64,000 nt of DNA, from assembly GCA_030141605.1 (NCBI GenBank), contig JAQGDQ010000262.1:253240-317239 (forward strand), given 5' to 3'. A program made the position numbers and the translations under genes. Positions 36,562 to 48,370 of this stretch are shown here, piece after piece. How positions within the stretch are numbered: position 1 is the stretch's first letter; each line of letters begins with the position of its first letter. The notes beneath the pieces were generated by a model. It searched no databases. It was not told where the DNA came from and was given only the letters and a program-made list of their open reading frames with translations. The DNA comes from Tubiluchus corallicola. Taxonomy: Eukaryota; Animalia; Priapulida.

Positions 36562-39500
36562 GATCATTTGCCTAGTGATCAGCTTCATCGATACACTTGC
36601 CCTGTGTGTAACTACGTAGTGGACAAAACGTCTGAATTCACAGCTCACTTAAGGAAGCACAACACATCAACTCCCACTGACAAGTTTTTTAACTGCACAG
36701 TTTGTGGAAAAACGCTTTGCTCAATCAGCTCATTAGACAGGCACATGTTGGTGCATTCGGGAGAAAGGCCTTTCCAATGCACAGTATGTGGCATGTCGTT
36801 TACTACGAACGGCAATATGCACCGCCACATGCGAACTCACGGAGTCAGTAGTGCCGCAAAGCGATGCCGCAGGGGTGCCAAAATTACAAAAAAGCAAAAA
36901 TGTGAAAACCGCCGTGCAAACACCACAAATTCAGGTACTTATACAGCATTCGACAAAAATGAGATGATTAATACCAATTGCCAAACTACAGATGACAAAC
37001 TTAAATGTGATGTGTGTGATAAGAGCTTTGTGTCTGTTTATGGCCTACAAGCGCACATTGAAACACATTCCTTTACTGTGTTTAACTGCGATATTTGTAA
37101 ACTTTCTTTCGAAACAGTCGAATCCTTTGATGAGCATAAGTTTGTAGCACATTCAAAAGAGAAGTTGGGTGGTAGTTCAATTAATGAAGAAGCATTTGAT
37201 GAATTGCAGGAGTGCAACGGATTCATGGAACTGGGTAAAGTTTGCGATTTTACTGTACCCAAGTTTCCACTGATTGCCCAAGCTTGGTGTGAGGAAAACC
37301 CCGTGCAGTCATGTAGTCGATTTCATAATTTCTCCTGTCGGAAGTGCAAAAAGTCTTTCCCCTGTAAAGCAGCATTCGCCTTACACAAAAAACAACACGA
37401 CATACGTTTGACTACGTACTGCGATGTCTGTGGTGCCCACTTTATGACTCATGAAAAGTTAAATATTCATAAAGAAATGCACATTTTAGTTGAATCAGAA
37501 ACAACTGACGATCAGTCTGATTTTCTTGCAGCGTTAAACTTAAGGCGAAATTCTTTGAAGAAAAACATTGGCTATGAAAACTTTAGAACGACTGTCGGTG
37601 TCACAAAAGAAGAGGACAATCCAACAGAGACCAAGATCAAGCTGTCCTCCTCAGATAACGATAAACCTGATGGGGAAAAACGCGCATTATTCAGTCCTGT
37701 AGTGACAGACTCGCCTAGCAGTGACTTAGCTGACATTAAGGATATTTTGGAAATGACTGCTAGAGTTCAGTCAGTAGAACAGCTGGATAAACAACAGGAT
37801 CCCATTGTCAGCTCTTCCACTGTTTCACCTGGCTATGATGCGAAGGATAAAAATGTGAACCACTTACCTGAAGAAACACCAGGTAGCAACAACAGCGGCA
37901 TGTTGCTTTGCACTCATTGCAATGCACCATTTAGCAATATACGCTCATTGAAGAGTCATACACGCACACATTATGGTCTTTCTCCATATCAATGCAAGAT
38001 ATGCAATTACACCACTGTAGATAAGAGCACTCTAATGAGACATTTGCGTAGTCACAACGGCGAGCGACCATATTTATGCATTCTGTGCTCATATGCATTC
38101 ACTACAAAAGCAAATTGTGAAAGACATATTCGAAACAAACATGGAAGAACGGCAAGAGACGAAATTCTTCCTTGCATCAAACATAGCCCAAGCACATTTC
38201 CCACATCAGATAATATTGATGCTTTGCATTCACCTGATACGATTTGCTGCTACTGTAAAAAAGATTTTAAATTTTTGCGAGCACTCCAGAAGCATTTACG
38301 TACGCATCATTCCAGACATCGCAATGTTTTCAAGCCATTCCAGTGCAAAGTTTGCAGCTTTGGATTTTCTACACGTAATAACTGCATTCGACACGTGTTC
38401 AATACGCATCCAGATGTTGATAAAGCCGTAGTTAAAAGTTGTGTTATTTTGCAGACTGCTAATATAGAAACTGTTGTTCCAATTGTCGCACCAACAGATG
38501 GAAATCCTTTAGCTGATGATAAGAACAACCGCAATTTGGAACATATGGAAAGCAATATAGATGACAATGATGATAGTAATGACAGTTGCCTAGTCATTGA
38601 TGATACATTTGTGAGCCAATCTTCACCTGACCAATTGGCTAACTCACAAGATTGCAATAGCTTGATCAATTCCGTATCTTTAGAAACTGACACAAGTCCG
38701 GTAAGAGTGCAAGCGGACACCCCCATTGACTTTTCAATGTCTCCTATTGATTTGTCGATGAAGAAGAAGCCAAAAGGTCCAGATGGTGACAGATGCTTGG
38801 CCAACAAAAACAAAGTGCAACATTTGCCACCTCCACCCCAGAATTCACCAAGTTTGGAAATGATGCAGAATCCTTTATGGGTTGCAAACAACCTTCCTGG
38901 GTTTGCTGTCAGACAAGAACCTGGCAATGCGATGGAAGATGTAGACATCGCCAACACTCCGTTGCTGTTAGAGAAATGCTATAACAATGCACTGCAGAAA
39001 TGGATTTGTCCTCATTGTGCTGACATGTTCAATAGTCCCGCTAAACTTAAGATTCATTCGATGACGCACAAAGTTCCCAAGAAGCTGCAGTGCTACTTTT
39101 GCCCAAATACATTTGTATCAAAGGCTAGTTTGGATGCACATCTCCATTCATATCATCATGTTAAGAAAAATGTCTTAGATGAAGTGAAGTTTGACGAAGT
39201 ATTTAATAGCAATTTTCCATTAGTGAAAGCGGCTTCACAAAAGACGAGTATCTTTCCAAGCTTGCCTCCTCCAAATCTTCATCCACCTATTTTTGGATTT
39301 GGATTAATGCCCAATAATTTTGCCATGGATCTGGAAAAGATAAGAAATTCTGTTCGACCACCTCCAGCTTACACAGACATGCTAAAAATACAAGTAGATG
39401 ATGATTTATACAGGTCAAATTACCCCCAATGCAAAACACTAGATTATGATGGGGAATTAAAAGTGAAGGAGTTAAGAAAAAGTAATAATGAGCTTCCCTC

Positions 39501-40878
39501 CATTTCTGGAACACTTCCCGAAAACTTCCAAGCCAGTCAAGAAACCGACTTGACAGACGTGAGCAAAATGATTGAGGCAACGGACAAGGCAAAGTTTCAA
39601 GAGTTTTTGAAAACCCAAGATGAGCTGTATGGCCATTCTAGTGGAGAGACTACAACGTCAAGTATGACATCTCCTGACACAACTAAGCCAAGTCCACCAG
39701 GGATAGACTCTGAAAAGAAAAAGGGTCGTAGCTCTTATTCGCTTACACCACACAAGTACAGTTGCCCACATTGTGAGCGTAGATTTCCTTGGGAAAGTTC
39801 ACTGCAGAGGCATATACTGACTCATACCGGCCAAAAGCCTTTTAAATGCCCAAAATGTCCAGTTTCCTTTTCCACTAAATCGAACAGAGTGCGGCATTTA
39901 GCTCGCAAACACGGAACCGTAAATCAAATTATCTCCCCTCCAAGATGCAAATCTTCACCGTTCAACTGTACCGTATGTGCTAACGGATATTCATCAATGG
40001 GTAACTTGCGACGTCACATTATATTGAAGCATCCGGAACACAACCCCAACAGCTTAATTAAGCAAAGTATTTATGCAGTATCCCCTGCCGATCAAAGCAT
40101 TGATTCCACCTTGAGTGCAGTCAATCCAGAATATGCAGGCAATGGTATCACAAGCTCTGTGAATCATTTCTCCAGCATGCGAAATGCGTCCGCTGGCGAT
40201 GATGCTGGTGATGGCGGTAGCAGCAGTGGAGAGCAAGATGAAGATAACGATGCCGCTTATTACTGTCGACATTGTGACGATGTGTTCTCCTCCATGGAGA
40301 CCTTGGTAATTCACTCGGAAATTCATAAGGCAAGTACCGGCAGTGACGGATCCTTCCGCTGTCACATTTGTCTTTCTGTGGCTTTTTCTGACAGAGACCT
40401 TTGCCTAGAGCACATAGAAATCAACCATCCGGAGGAGTACAGTGACATCATTTACACAAATGGTGAAGTGGAAGAAGACAAGGAAGCAAACATTGCCGAC
40501 AATGTAGAGAAGAGGATCTTCTGCGTGTTCTGCTTGAAGAAGTTCTGGTCAAGTCAAGATTGGAGACGCCACATGAGGACACATTCCGGAGAGCGTCCGT
40601 ACGAATGTGACATTTGCTTCCGGAAGTTCTCTCTCAAGCACAGCATGATGAGACATCGTAAGATTCATTCCGATGAAACCGAACCCTGGCCTACATCGAA
40701 ACCCGATCACAAGAGTCAGCAACGATCGCTAACCAGTTCTTTCGTGGACGATTCAGGAATGGGATCGTCTTCTTCAGACATTATCCAGAATCTGCTGGGC
40801 CTCGATGATGCGTCAGTAATCGACAGGATGCTGGACAATGCCGACAAGGCTGCTGAGATACTAGGAGTCAGCACATGA
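36562..40878 (+). CDS. RREB1: RREB1/hindsight (pebbled)-like C2H2 zinc-finger transcription factor, main exon
   Basis: Acceptor ttttttgcag at 36561. Diagnostic RREB1/Hnt strings: SSLDRHMLVHSGERPF..FTTNGNMHRHM, FPLIAQAWCE, LADIxxIL, FTTKANCERH, FPWESSLQRHILTHTGQKPF, FWSxQDxxRHMRxHxGERPY, C-terminal IIQNLLG..AAEILGV; stop TGA at 40876-40878. Confidence 0.96.
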   Translation, partial: DHLPSDQLHRYTCPVCNYVVDKTSEFTAHLRKHNTSTPTDKFFNCTVCGKTLCSISSLDRHMLVHSGERPFQCTVCGMSFTTNGNMHRHMRTHGVSSAAKRCRRGAKITKKQKCENRRANTTNSGTYTAFDKNEMINTNCQTTDDKLKCDVCDKSFVSVYGLQAHIETHSFTVFNCDICKLSFETVESFDEHKFVAHSKEKLGGSSINEEAFDELQECNGFMELGKVCDFTVPKFPLIAQAWCEENPVQSCSRFHNFSCRKCKKSFPCKAAFALHKKQHDIRLTTYCDVCGAHFMTHEKLNIHKEMHILVESETTDDQSDFLAALNLRRNSLKKNIGYENFRTTVGVTKEEDNPTETKIKLSSSDNDKPDGEKRALFSPVVTDSPSSDLADIKDILEMTARVQSVEQLDKQQDPIVSSSTVSPGYDAKDKNVNHLPEETPGSNNSGMLLCTHCNAPFSNIRSLKSHTRTHYGLSPYQCKICNYTTVDKSTLMRHLRSHNGERPYLCILCSYAFTTKANCERHIRNKHGRTARDEILPCIKHSPSTFPTSDNIDALHSPDTICCYCKKDFKFLRALQKHLRTHHSRHRNVFKPFQCKVCSFGFSTRNNCIRHVFNTHPDVDKAVVKSCVILQTANIETVVPIVAPTDGNPLADDKNNRNLEHMESNIDDNDDSNDSCLVIDDTFVSQSSPDQLANSQDCNSLINSVSLETDTSPVRVQADTPIDFSMSPIDLSMKKKPKGPDGDRCLANKNKVQHLPPPPQNSPSLEMMQNPLWVANNLPGFAVRQEPGNAMEDVDIANTPLLLEKCYNNALQKWICPHCADMFNSPAKLKIHSMTHKVPKKLQCYFCPNTFVSKASLDAHLHSYHHVKKNVLDEVKFDEVFNSNFPLVKAASQKTSIFPSLPPPNLHPPIFGFGLMPNNFAMDLEKIRNSVRPPPAYTDMLKIQVDDDLYRSNYPQCKTLDYDGELKVKELRKSNNELPSISGTLPENFQASQETDLTDVSKMIEATDKAKFQEFLKTQDELYGHSSGETTTSSMTSPDTTKPSPPGIDSEKKKGRSSYSLTPHKYSCPHCERRFPWESSLQRHILTHTGQKPFKCPKCPVSFSTKSNRVRHLARKHGTVNQIISPPRCKSSPFNCTVCANGYSSMGNLRRHIILKHPEHNPNSLIKQSIYAVSPADQSIDSTLSAVNPEYAGNGITSSVNHFSSMRNASAGDDAGDGGSSSGEQDEDNDAAYYCRHCDDVFSSMETLVIHSEIHKASTGSDGSFRCHICLSVAFSDRDLCLEHIEINHPEEYSDIIYTNGEVEEDKEANIADNVEKRIFCVFCLKKFWSSQDWRRHMRTHSGERPYECDICFRKFSLKHSMMRHRKIHSDETEPWPTSKPDHKSQQRSLTSSFVDDSGMGSSSSDIIQNLLGLDDASVIDRMLDNADKAAEILGVST

Positions 40879-41493
40879 CAATGTAGTAAGAATTTATCCT
40901 TGTTTTGTTTATAAATCTGTTTATGTTTATTTGAAATTTTTGTTATCAAAGCACAAGTTGAGTATATTGAATTGTTTTGTTAATATTTTTTCAGCCAAAG
41001 ATTAAGTCGGTTGAAGAGTGTTTAAGAATGTTTTGGGATCATTGTGCATAATGGCGTCTTGCACAACCTTTAACTTTTGTTAGCTTTAATAGTCATTGAA
41101 AGCTAAAAACAATTCCATTGGAAGCAGGATTTAAAGTTATTGTTAATTTCTAATTATTAGCATTAATTTCTTTATTTTGGTGAATTTATGATTGATTTAG
41201 TGGTGCAGTATTGACCTCACCTTTCTTATTCATATATTTGAAGGCCTATGTTTTGTCTATTTATTATTTGAATTGCTGAACACTTTTTGAAAGTTAAATA
41301 TAAATGAAACTGAATGGGATTCAGTATTATGTGCACTTAAGTATCCTTATTGAAGCCTATTCAAAAATTTCTAAATGAAAAAAAACTAATTGAACTCTTT
41401 CAGCGTATTACGTTTAACGGAAAACTGGACGATTGTGTAAACATTACTTCAGAATAAAGAATGATTACCTCGGCTACTCAAATTTTTTTAAAC

Positions 41494-41676
41494 TTTCAAA
41501 GCTACGCGCGGCTCAGTGAACCTACTAAGATTGGCAGCGGCGCCTTTTTGTCACATTTTTGTGGAAGACAAATAGAAGGCAGTGATCATGAACTGGAGCA
41601 TTAGTTTCATGACGTCATAAGACGTAGAGCCCATTTTTCGTAACATCACGCATTTAAACAGTACTGTAACACTTAC
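41494..41676 (+). repeat. Dispersed repeat, copy B (copy A at 3437-3629)
   Basis: Colinear match; similarity extends upstream (TTCAGAATAAAGAATG at about 3331 and 41448). Confidence 0.8.
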
Positions 41677-42909
41677 ACAAACGTGATTGACGTGTAAGGG
41701 AAGATGCCTGCCATTGCACAAACTGTGGTTAGTTTCTGTCGTAAGCAATAGCTGTGTTCGGTTGCCGTTGATTAACTTTTTAAGCTAATTATAAGAAATA
41801 TATGAAACATTTGTCAACTTTTGTAGGCAAGAAAGTGTATATTCTGGACAGTAAATTAAAATGAGTTTGAGTCTAAACAATCGTCTGGTTTTCCTTTAAG
41901 CACCCAATGCTGTTTTTGTGATGTGCAATGCGTGTAATTATATAAGTTGAGTCGGGGCAAATTATAGTATCCACTGTGATAGGCATTCTTGGTTGAAAAT
42001 AAGAGAGCCAAAATTAAAGTCACCAGACAGTGAAGAAAATAAGTGTAATAATAAGCCGTTGCTTCCTAATCAGAAATAACCTGTCGTCTATCAAGCTGTC
42101 AGCCAAACTGCATCAAAATGGGTGGCAGTTACCAACTGAGTTTGCTGTCTTTCTGTACCTACCTGTTTTATTAGTAACCTAGGTGTTGGTGTAACACTTC
42201 CTGTTGATCGGAGCCTGGCAATTGGATTGAAACAGTACAAATGTTGATTTTTTTTTGGTAAGGCTGCACTCATTTAACAAATCAAATTTAAACTGAGTTG
42301 ATAGTTGTGGCTAGATTCATGCCGATTCATCGAATTTCGGCTAAAGTTATCATTTTTGCCGGTATATTAAAATTTTCCAAAAATTTTAAAAAATCACCCA
42401 AGCATGGCAAGACTTTCAAGGTCATGGTGCAGAATCTTCCCTATAGATGGAGCTTCGCTAGTCTGTGGAAACGTTCTTGCAACTTCTCCTGGCGGTAAAT
42501 GACCAAAACTGTGCTTGAGTAAATGTTTTCACCTGACGTAGCCGTAATGGAACTGCTAATAGCGCAATCAATGATTACCTAAATTAGGGTCAATAAGAAA
42601 TTCCTTGATGTCCCACTCCCAATTTTGCTCTACGTTGCGCCTTGACCTTGATTGTTCAGCCACGTCCAAATTCAACCTGTTTCTCACCACCGTCTGCTGC
42701 ATGTACGTTGCCAGGATAAGGATGTGAAGGAAAAATGCAATCAGCAGGTAGATGATCTATTATCAGCATTTTACACGTCTCGTTTAAACTGGTTTACCGG
42801 CAGCTGAGGAAAAGGGCTGGATAGTACCTGGGGCTGGATTTTGTAAGATGTACCTGTATTTGACACACACACACACACACACTTTAGGGGATTACATGTT
42901 CGTGTAATG

Positions 42910-43215
42910 CAGTGGTTTCCAAACTTTCTCGGACCTTTACCCAAATCGGGAAAACCGGTCGTGTCCATTACCCCCCACCTAGTACTACTTCTCCAACTCA
43001 AAAAGTAAACACACGTATATGCCACAAGCAAGCAAAATTATTTATGTTTGCTCGTGACATAAATAAATTTCCAGGTGTTGTTGTTGTATTGTCTTCCGTT
43101 GTTGTAAAATGCATTCCGAGCGAAGTTTTAAAAATTTTCAGAGGGGTGCCCGTTACCCCCCAAAAAAACCATATTACCCCCGGGGGGTAATTTACCCCTA
43201 CTTTGGGAACCACTG
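42910..43215. mobile_element. hAT (Charlie/MER5-like) MITE
   Basis: TIR CAGTGGTT(T/C)CCAAA; perfect 8-bp TSD GTGTAATG (42902-42909 and 43216-43223). Confidence 0.93.
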
Positions 43216-46200
43216 GTGTAATGATTATAAAACAAGTTTATGCTAAATTAAAATCAAACTATAATTGGTAGGTCTGTTTTTTATGACATCTTTTTACCAA
43301 TATTGCAAAACGATTATTCGAGGTATCAGTGGTTTATTTTTAATTATGAGGCCTTTGTATTCACGATGAATAGCCTACCAATGATTGCGTTACTACGACG
43401 ACAGTGCATAAAAACTATTATATTAAATCCATGTATTTTTATATCTGTGTTTACGAGTGACAAAATTTTGTACTGGTGTAAAATTTATTCACTTTGTTAA
43501 CTTGTTTTGTATTGAAATTATATTCAGACATCTTCAAATATTCCTCAACATTATTACATTATTATTACATTACATTATTGTATTACATTATTGATGTAAA
43601 TATTTTTTCTAGATTGACGCCTATATATTACATTGTCATTGCCATAATGATGATGATGATGATGACGTTGAAGTACAGTGTCATTTGTAATATTGTAAGT
43701 TTTTTCTAGCCGTACTGAACAGTTTTGCTCAAGGAATTATATTGCACCAAAAATGCATAATAACTGCAGACGCAGGCAGTCTATTCGTTATACATACTAT
43801 GCTGTGTGGTTTTCATGCCTTCCACAGTTGATCCGTCTGCAAAACCGTTTTACCTTGTTTTTGTATTCTGGCTTTAACAGGTTTTTATACTGCATCATAG
43901 ATATTTGTTGCGTCATTGTAACTTAATGAGTGTGCCAACAAGAGTAATAGGAATTGTCTTCCGTTTTTCTACTGTATAATATGTCAGTGTTTAAGTCGAG
44001 AGTTCATGCATTTAGGTGTTGTAATTGCAGTTGCCAACTTGGTCGTACACGTAGTTAAACACTGTACTACGTACGCTTCTAACCTGTCTTGCATTGTTGC
44101 GCCACCTATTGACGACACTGAGAGTTAAACTATATGTGACTTTCGCCGCAGTATCTTGTGAAAATTTGTTCCTTTCATATCTGTAATAAGTACTAATGAC
44201 TTTATTGCTCAAGATTAAAATGTGATTAAATTTTTTTATAAGATATTCATTCCTAATAAGTTATACTGTGCAGTATTAGGCCTAAACGTTACTTAATATT
44301 TTCACTAATTATCTAACGACTTTAAGTAGGGTTTCATTTTCATGGAAGCTCTATTTTCTTACTCGAGTCTTGGGCAGCTGATACTGATAGAAAGCAAAGT
44401 GTAGCTATGCAGACGTCAAAAAGTGATTTTACAACTGCTTATGTCTGTGGAGTGTATTCAGATATGATTTTTTTTCATGTTCAAATGTAGTTTATGACTT
44501 ATATAGTCTTGTATGGTGAATAAATTCAAGCTGAGTTGAGAACTTTTGAGGCGATTCGTATTTAGGCTATAAGCCTGTCGTATTACTGCCTGTTGCTGAA
44601 TTTGTGTCGAATTTGGAACTTCAGTTCAACGGCAATAGTCTATATAGGTAGATTGAAAATAAACTTATAAAATAACTAAGTTAAAATTGATATGAAATTT
44701 TGGTTTAGTCAGGGTTGACTTTGCTGCTCTTGTCATTGCTTGTAGCTCAAAAAAGTAGTTTTTCTACGGATTTGTGTTTTTGATAAATCTGGTGGCCTAA
44801 AAATGAGCAATATAATTACAAATATGAGCAACTTTAAATACAAATCGTTACATTTTCGTTTGTGTTCAAATATTCTTATTGTTGGTTATGTATTTCGTGC
44901 TTTGTGCAATTGTCACGTGATTTACAGTTACTTAAATTGAAACAACTTTAGTAAAAAGTTAGTTTTTGTGCCTGGAGTATGTCATGTTACTGTTCTATTA
45001 CTGAAAAATTGGTCATATAAATGATAAACTAATGCACCCATATAGGCCTAAATGAATATAACATTATTATATGCGAGCTAAACTTGTTTACTATATTAAA
45101 TTATTTTGTTATAATTATTATATTAATAATTAATGCATTTCGCTGTAATCATATTACAGTTTCCATACAGAACATTCCACCATAATAATAATTATTATTG
45201 TCTAGGTTAATCTTTGTTGATTTATGTATGGATATAATTATTATGTGGGACCAGTATTCTAATAATAATTTTTTGATAAATGTAAAGTGTAATTCCAAGT
45301 GTTCGACATAAGGTTGGTGAATAAGCAATAATATTCAAATCGTTATTTTTGGTAAGTAAATCCAACGGGATAATTAATATATTTTCATTTTGTTAATTTT
45401 TTGTGATAAGATTTATATAATAAATGTGGTTCAACACAAAAATGAAATGTTTTGGTGTAAATATTAGAAGTAAAACCAGTTTAGATTCACGTGACTTGGA
45501 CCCAGGCAACGACCTAATTGGTGACCTGATGCGTGACCCAGTGTCCCATACTCTTCTGCAGTTTACAATGTTGTGAAAGTCATTTTTGAAGTTGTTGTTC
45601 AGTCACTTTGTTATGATTGAGTTTAAACACAGAGAAGTATGGATAGGAACCAAAAATCTATAATAAATATTTGCATTTGACACAACAGAAAAGTGTTTAT
45701 TAAACTACAGAAAACATGAGTAGCAAAACTGCTGCACTGAACAAAAACTAGAAAGCAAAAACAGTCACTAAAACCTGTTTCACAGCCAGTATACAGGTAT
45801 AGAACTTGACCTATGCAGAGTTGCACAGGCTTCATAACAACCATTAATTTTAGATAGGGAGAGAACCACTGTGTATGTAGTCCTGGACCATACAATTATA
45901 TTGAAGGTAAGTCAGCTGGTAGAATGTAACAAGATTAGCACATAGATGGCAGCACCTAACTACAATGTACAATTCCAACTTCCACAAATGTAAAACAAAA
46001 ATTGAAAATATGTAGACGAATTATTGTCAATTTATCAACAAACTAGCACAGAAAAAATTAACAACTTTGTGAGCATTATTTATTATTTTTCATGATAAAA
46101 TGTCTAATTTATACAAACAGAGCTGAAATATAAGTAAGCATTGAGCTTATACTTGTTAAATTCCTATTATTTCTCAAACATGTACAGAGATTCATATTTA

Positions 46201-46534
46201 TAAACACTTTTGTCTTAGAAACACAAACATCCCTGCATGTTTACAAGGCCAATTCGGGTCACTTGTTGAATATATGACCAGATAATACATTCCATCTGTG
46301 TTCTGCTCATACTATGGAAAAGTTCTAGACAAAATTAAATGCCCTTCAAAATGATTAAGCTGCCCAGTTTAAAGTATTAATCAAGCTATTTAAAGGATTG
46401 GCCAGGGCAAAAGGCAAATTAGGCATATTTTAATTTCCACGAAAAATGTTAGAAGGATTTAGAAATAAGGATATTAGTCTCTTTTTTAAGGGAATCAGCT
46501 CCTAGTGGCTCAGTTATTTGATATGGTAATTAGT

Positions 46535-46800
46535 ATTTTATTTATTTATTATTATTATTATCACATTCAGTACAATATAATGACATTAAGCACACAGTGA
46601 CATCAAAATTATTACATCATACTGTATTAAATTGTTATGTATCATACACTATCGTTATCATAAAAGAATAATTGTACTGCAGTGGGCTAGAGAAGCAAAG
46701 GCTTGTATGAGCCCACTGTCATGTGAACCCGATAAAAAAGAATGGATGAGTGAACAAAAAAAAGAACTGGGAGAAAAGTTAGATCACACAGGAAGGGTAG
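46535..46800 (-). mobile_element. Possible L2/CR1-group LINE 3' end
   Basis: The minus strand has stem-loop CAGTGGGCT..CAAGCCTTTGCTT..AGCCCACTG and ends in (AAT)n/AAATAAAT. Confidence 0.4.
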
Positions 46801-46877
46801 AAGGATGTGTTAGAGGAAATGGTAGGAAGAAAGATAATAGTATGACCTAATCAACACACCTAGCTGCTCTTCATTTT

Positions 46878-47072
46878 CAGATGTGCATGGCAACACTCAC
46901 TTCTTTAGCTGAGAATTGGTCAAAGCTGCCAGATGTGCATGGCAACACTCATTTCTTTAGCTGAAAATAGAACAAAGCTGCCAGATGTGCATGGCAACAC
47001 TAATTTTTATAGCTGAAAATAGGTCAAAGCTACCAGATGTGCATGGCAACACTCATTTCTTTAGCTGAAAAT
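46878..47072. repeat. 52-bp tandem array, about 4 units
   Basis: CAGATGTGCATGGCAACACT at 46878, 46930, 46982, 47034. Confidence 0.93.
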
Positions 47073-47193
47073 AAAAGAGAAGACTACCAATTTCCGTCAA
47101 AAGTGTAATAAATTTTTGTATGAACATTAGCTAAGCTGCAGAAGTTTGAAGTAGTTAAGCAGCGCGCTTAAGGAAAGCCACGATGCACTTACG

Positions 47194-47547
47194 AATTAGA
47201 TGGCCAAAGACAATTTCAAACAAAGATTTATATGAAAAAATAAAAGAAGAACCTTGGACAAGAAAAATAAAAAGACGCCGTTTAAGATGGATTGGGCATA
47301 TGCTTAGACTACCTGATGATATTCCAGTGAAGATAGCTCTTCAACAAGCCATAGAACCAGCTTAAAAACCTGCAGGAGGACAAATGTTAACATATTTAGA
47401 TTTTGCACAGAAAGATTTAAACACTTCAGCATTGATCCTTAGAAATAAATGCACTTGGGGCATTGCGGCGAGCAGGGAATCCTGGCATAGGGAGGTGAGC
47501 AGAATCATATCACTGGACGTGTCATTCATTGGATGATGAATGATGAT
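47194..47547 (+). mobile_element. RTE-like LINE 3' fragment, copy 2
   Basis: IRWPKTISNKDLYEKIKEEPWTRKIKRRRLRWIGHMLRLPDDIPVKIAL; premature stop; runs into the terminal array. Confidence 0.92.
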
Positions 47548-48370
47548 CTGGCATAGGGAGGTGAGCAGAATCATGTCACTGGACGTGTGATTCATTGGAT
47601 GATGATGATGATTATCTGGCATAGGAGGTGAGCAGAATCATGTCACTGGACGTATGATTCATTGGATGATGATGATGATCTGGCATAGGAGGTGAGCAGA
47701 ATCATGTCACTGGACATGTGATTCATTGGATGATGATGATGATCTGGCATAGGAGGTGAGCAGAATCATGTCACTGGACGTGTGATTCATTGGATGATGA
47801 TGATGATCTGGCATAGGAGGTGAGCAGAATCATGTCCCTGGACGTGTGATTCATTGGATGATGATGATGATCTGACATAGGGAGGTGGGCAGAATCATGT
47901 CACTGGACGTGTGATTCATTGGATGATGATGATGATCTGGCATAGGAGGTGAGCAGAATCATGTCACTGGACGTATGATTCATTGGATGATGATGATGAT
48001 CTGGCATAGGAGGTGAACAGAATCATGTCACTGGACGAATGATTCATTGGATGATGATGATGATCTGGCATAGGAGGTGAGCAGAATCATGTCACTGGAC
48101 GTATGATTCATTGGATGATGATGATGATGATCTGGCATAGGAGGTGAGCAGAATCATGTCCTTGGACATATGATTCATTGGATGATCATGATGATCTGGC
48201 ATAGGAGGTCAGCAGAATCATGTCACTGGACGTATGATTCATTGGATGATAATGATGATCTGGCATAGGAGGTCAGCAGAATCATGTCACTGGACGTATG
48301 ATTCATTGGATGATAATGATGATCTGGCATAGGAGGTGAGCAGAATCATGTCCCTGGGCGTGTGATTCAT

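Larger units (their letters stand above)
40879..45430 (+). other. Probable long 3' UTR of RREB1 (end uncertain)
   Basis: T/A-rich non-coding tract after the stop; AATAAA at about 44519, 44658 and 45419; extent inferred only. Confidence 0.4.

Noticed and set aside
35964-40949. Antisense and alternate-frame ORFs over RREB1 (for example 38307-38957, minus)
   Set aside because: Shadow ORFs of the real coding strand with no recognisable motifs
42400-42855. GC-richer segment with a possible minus-strand acceptor (about 42854) as a coding exon
   Set aside because: All three minus frames are interrupted by stops and I recognise no homology; a non-coding antisense exon cannot be excluded
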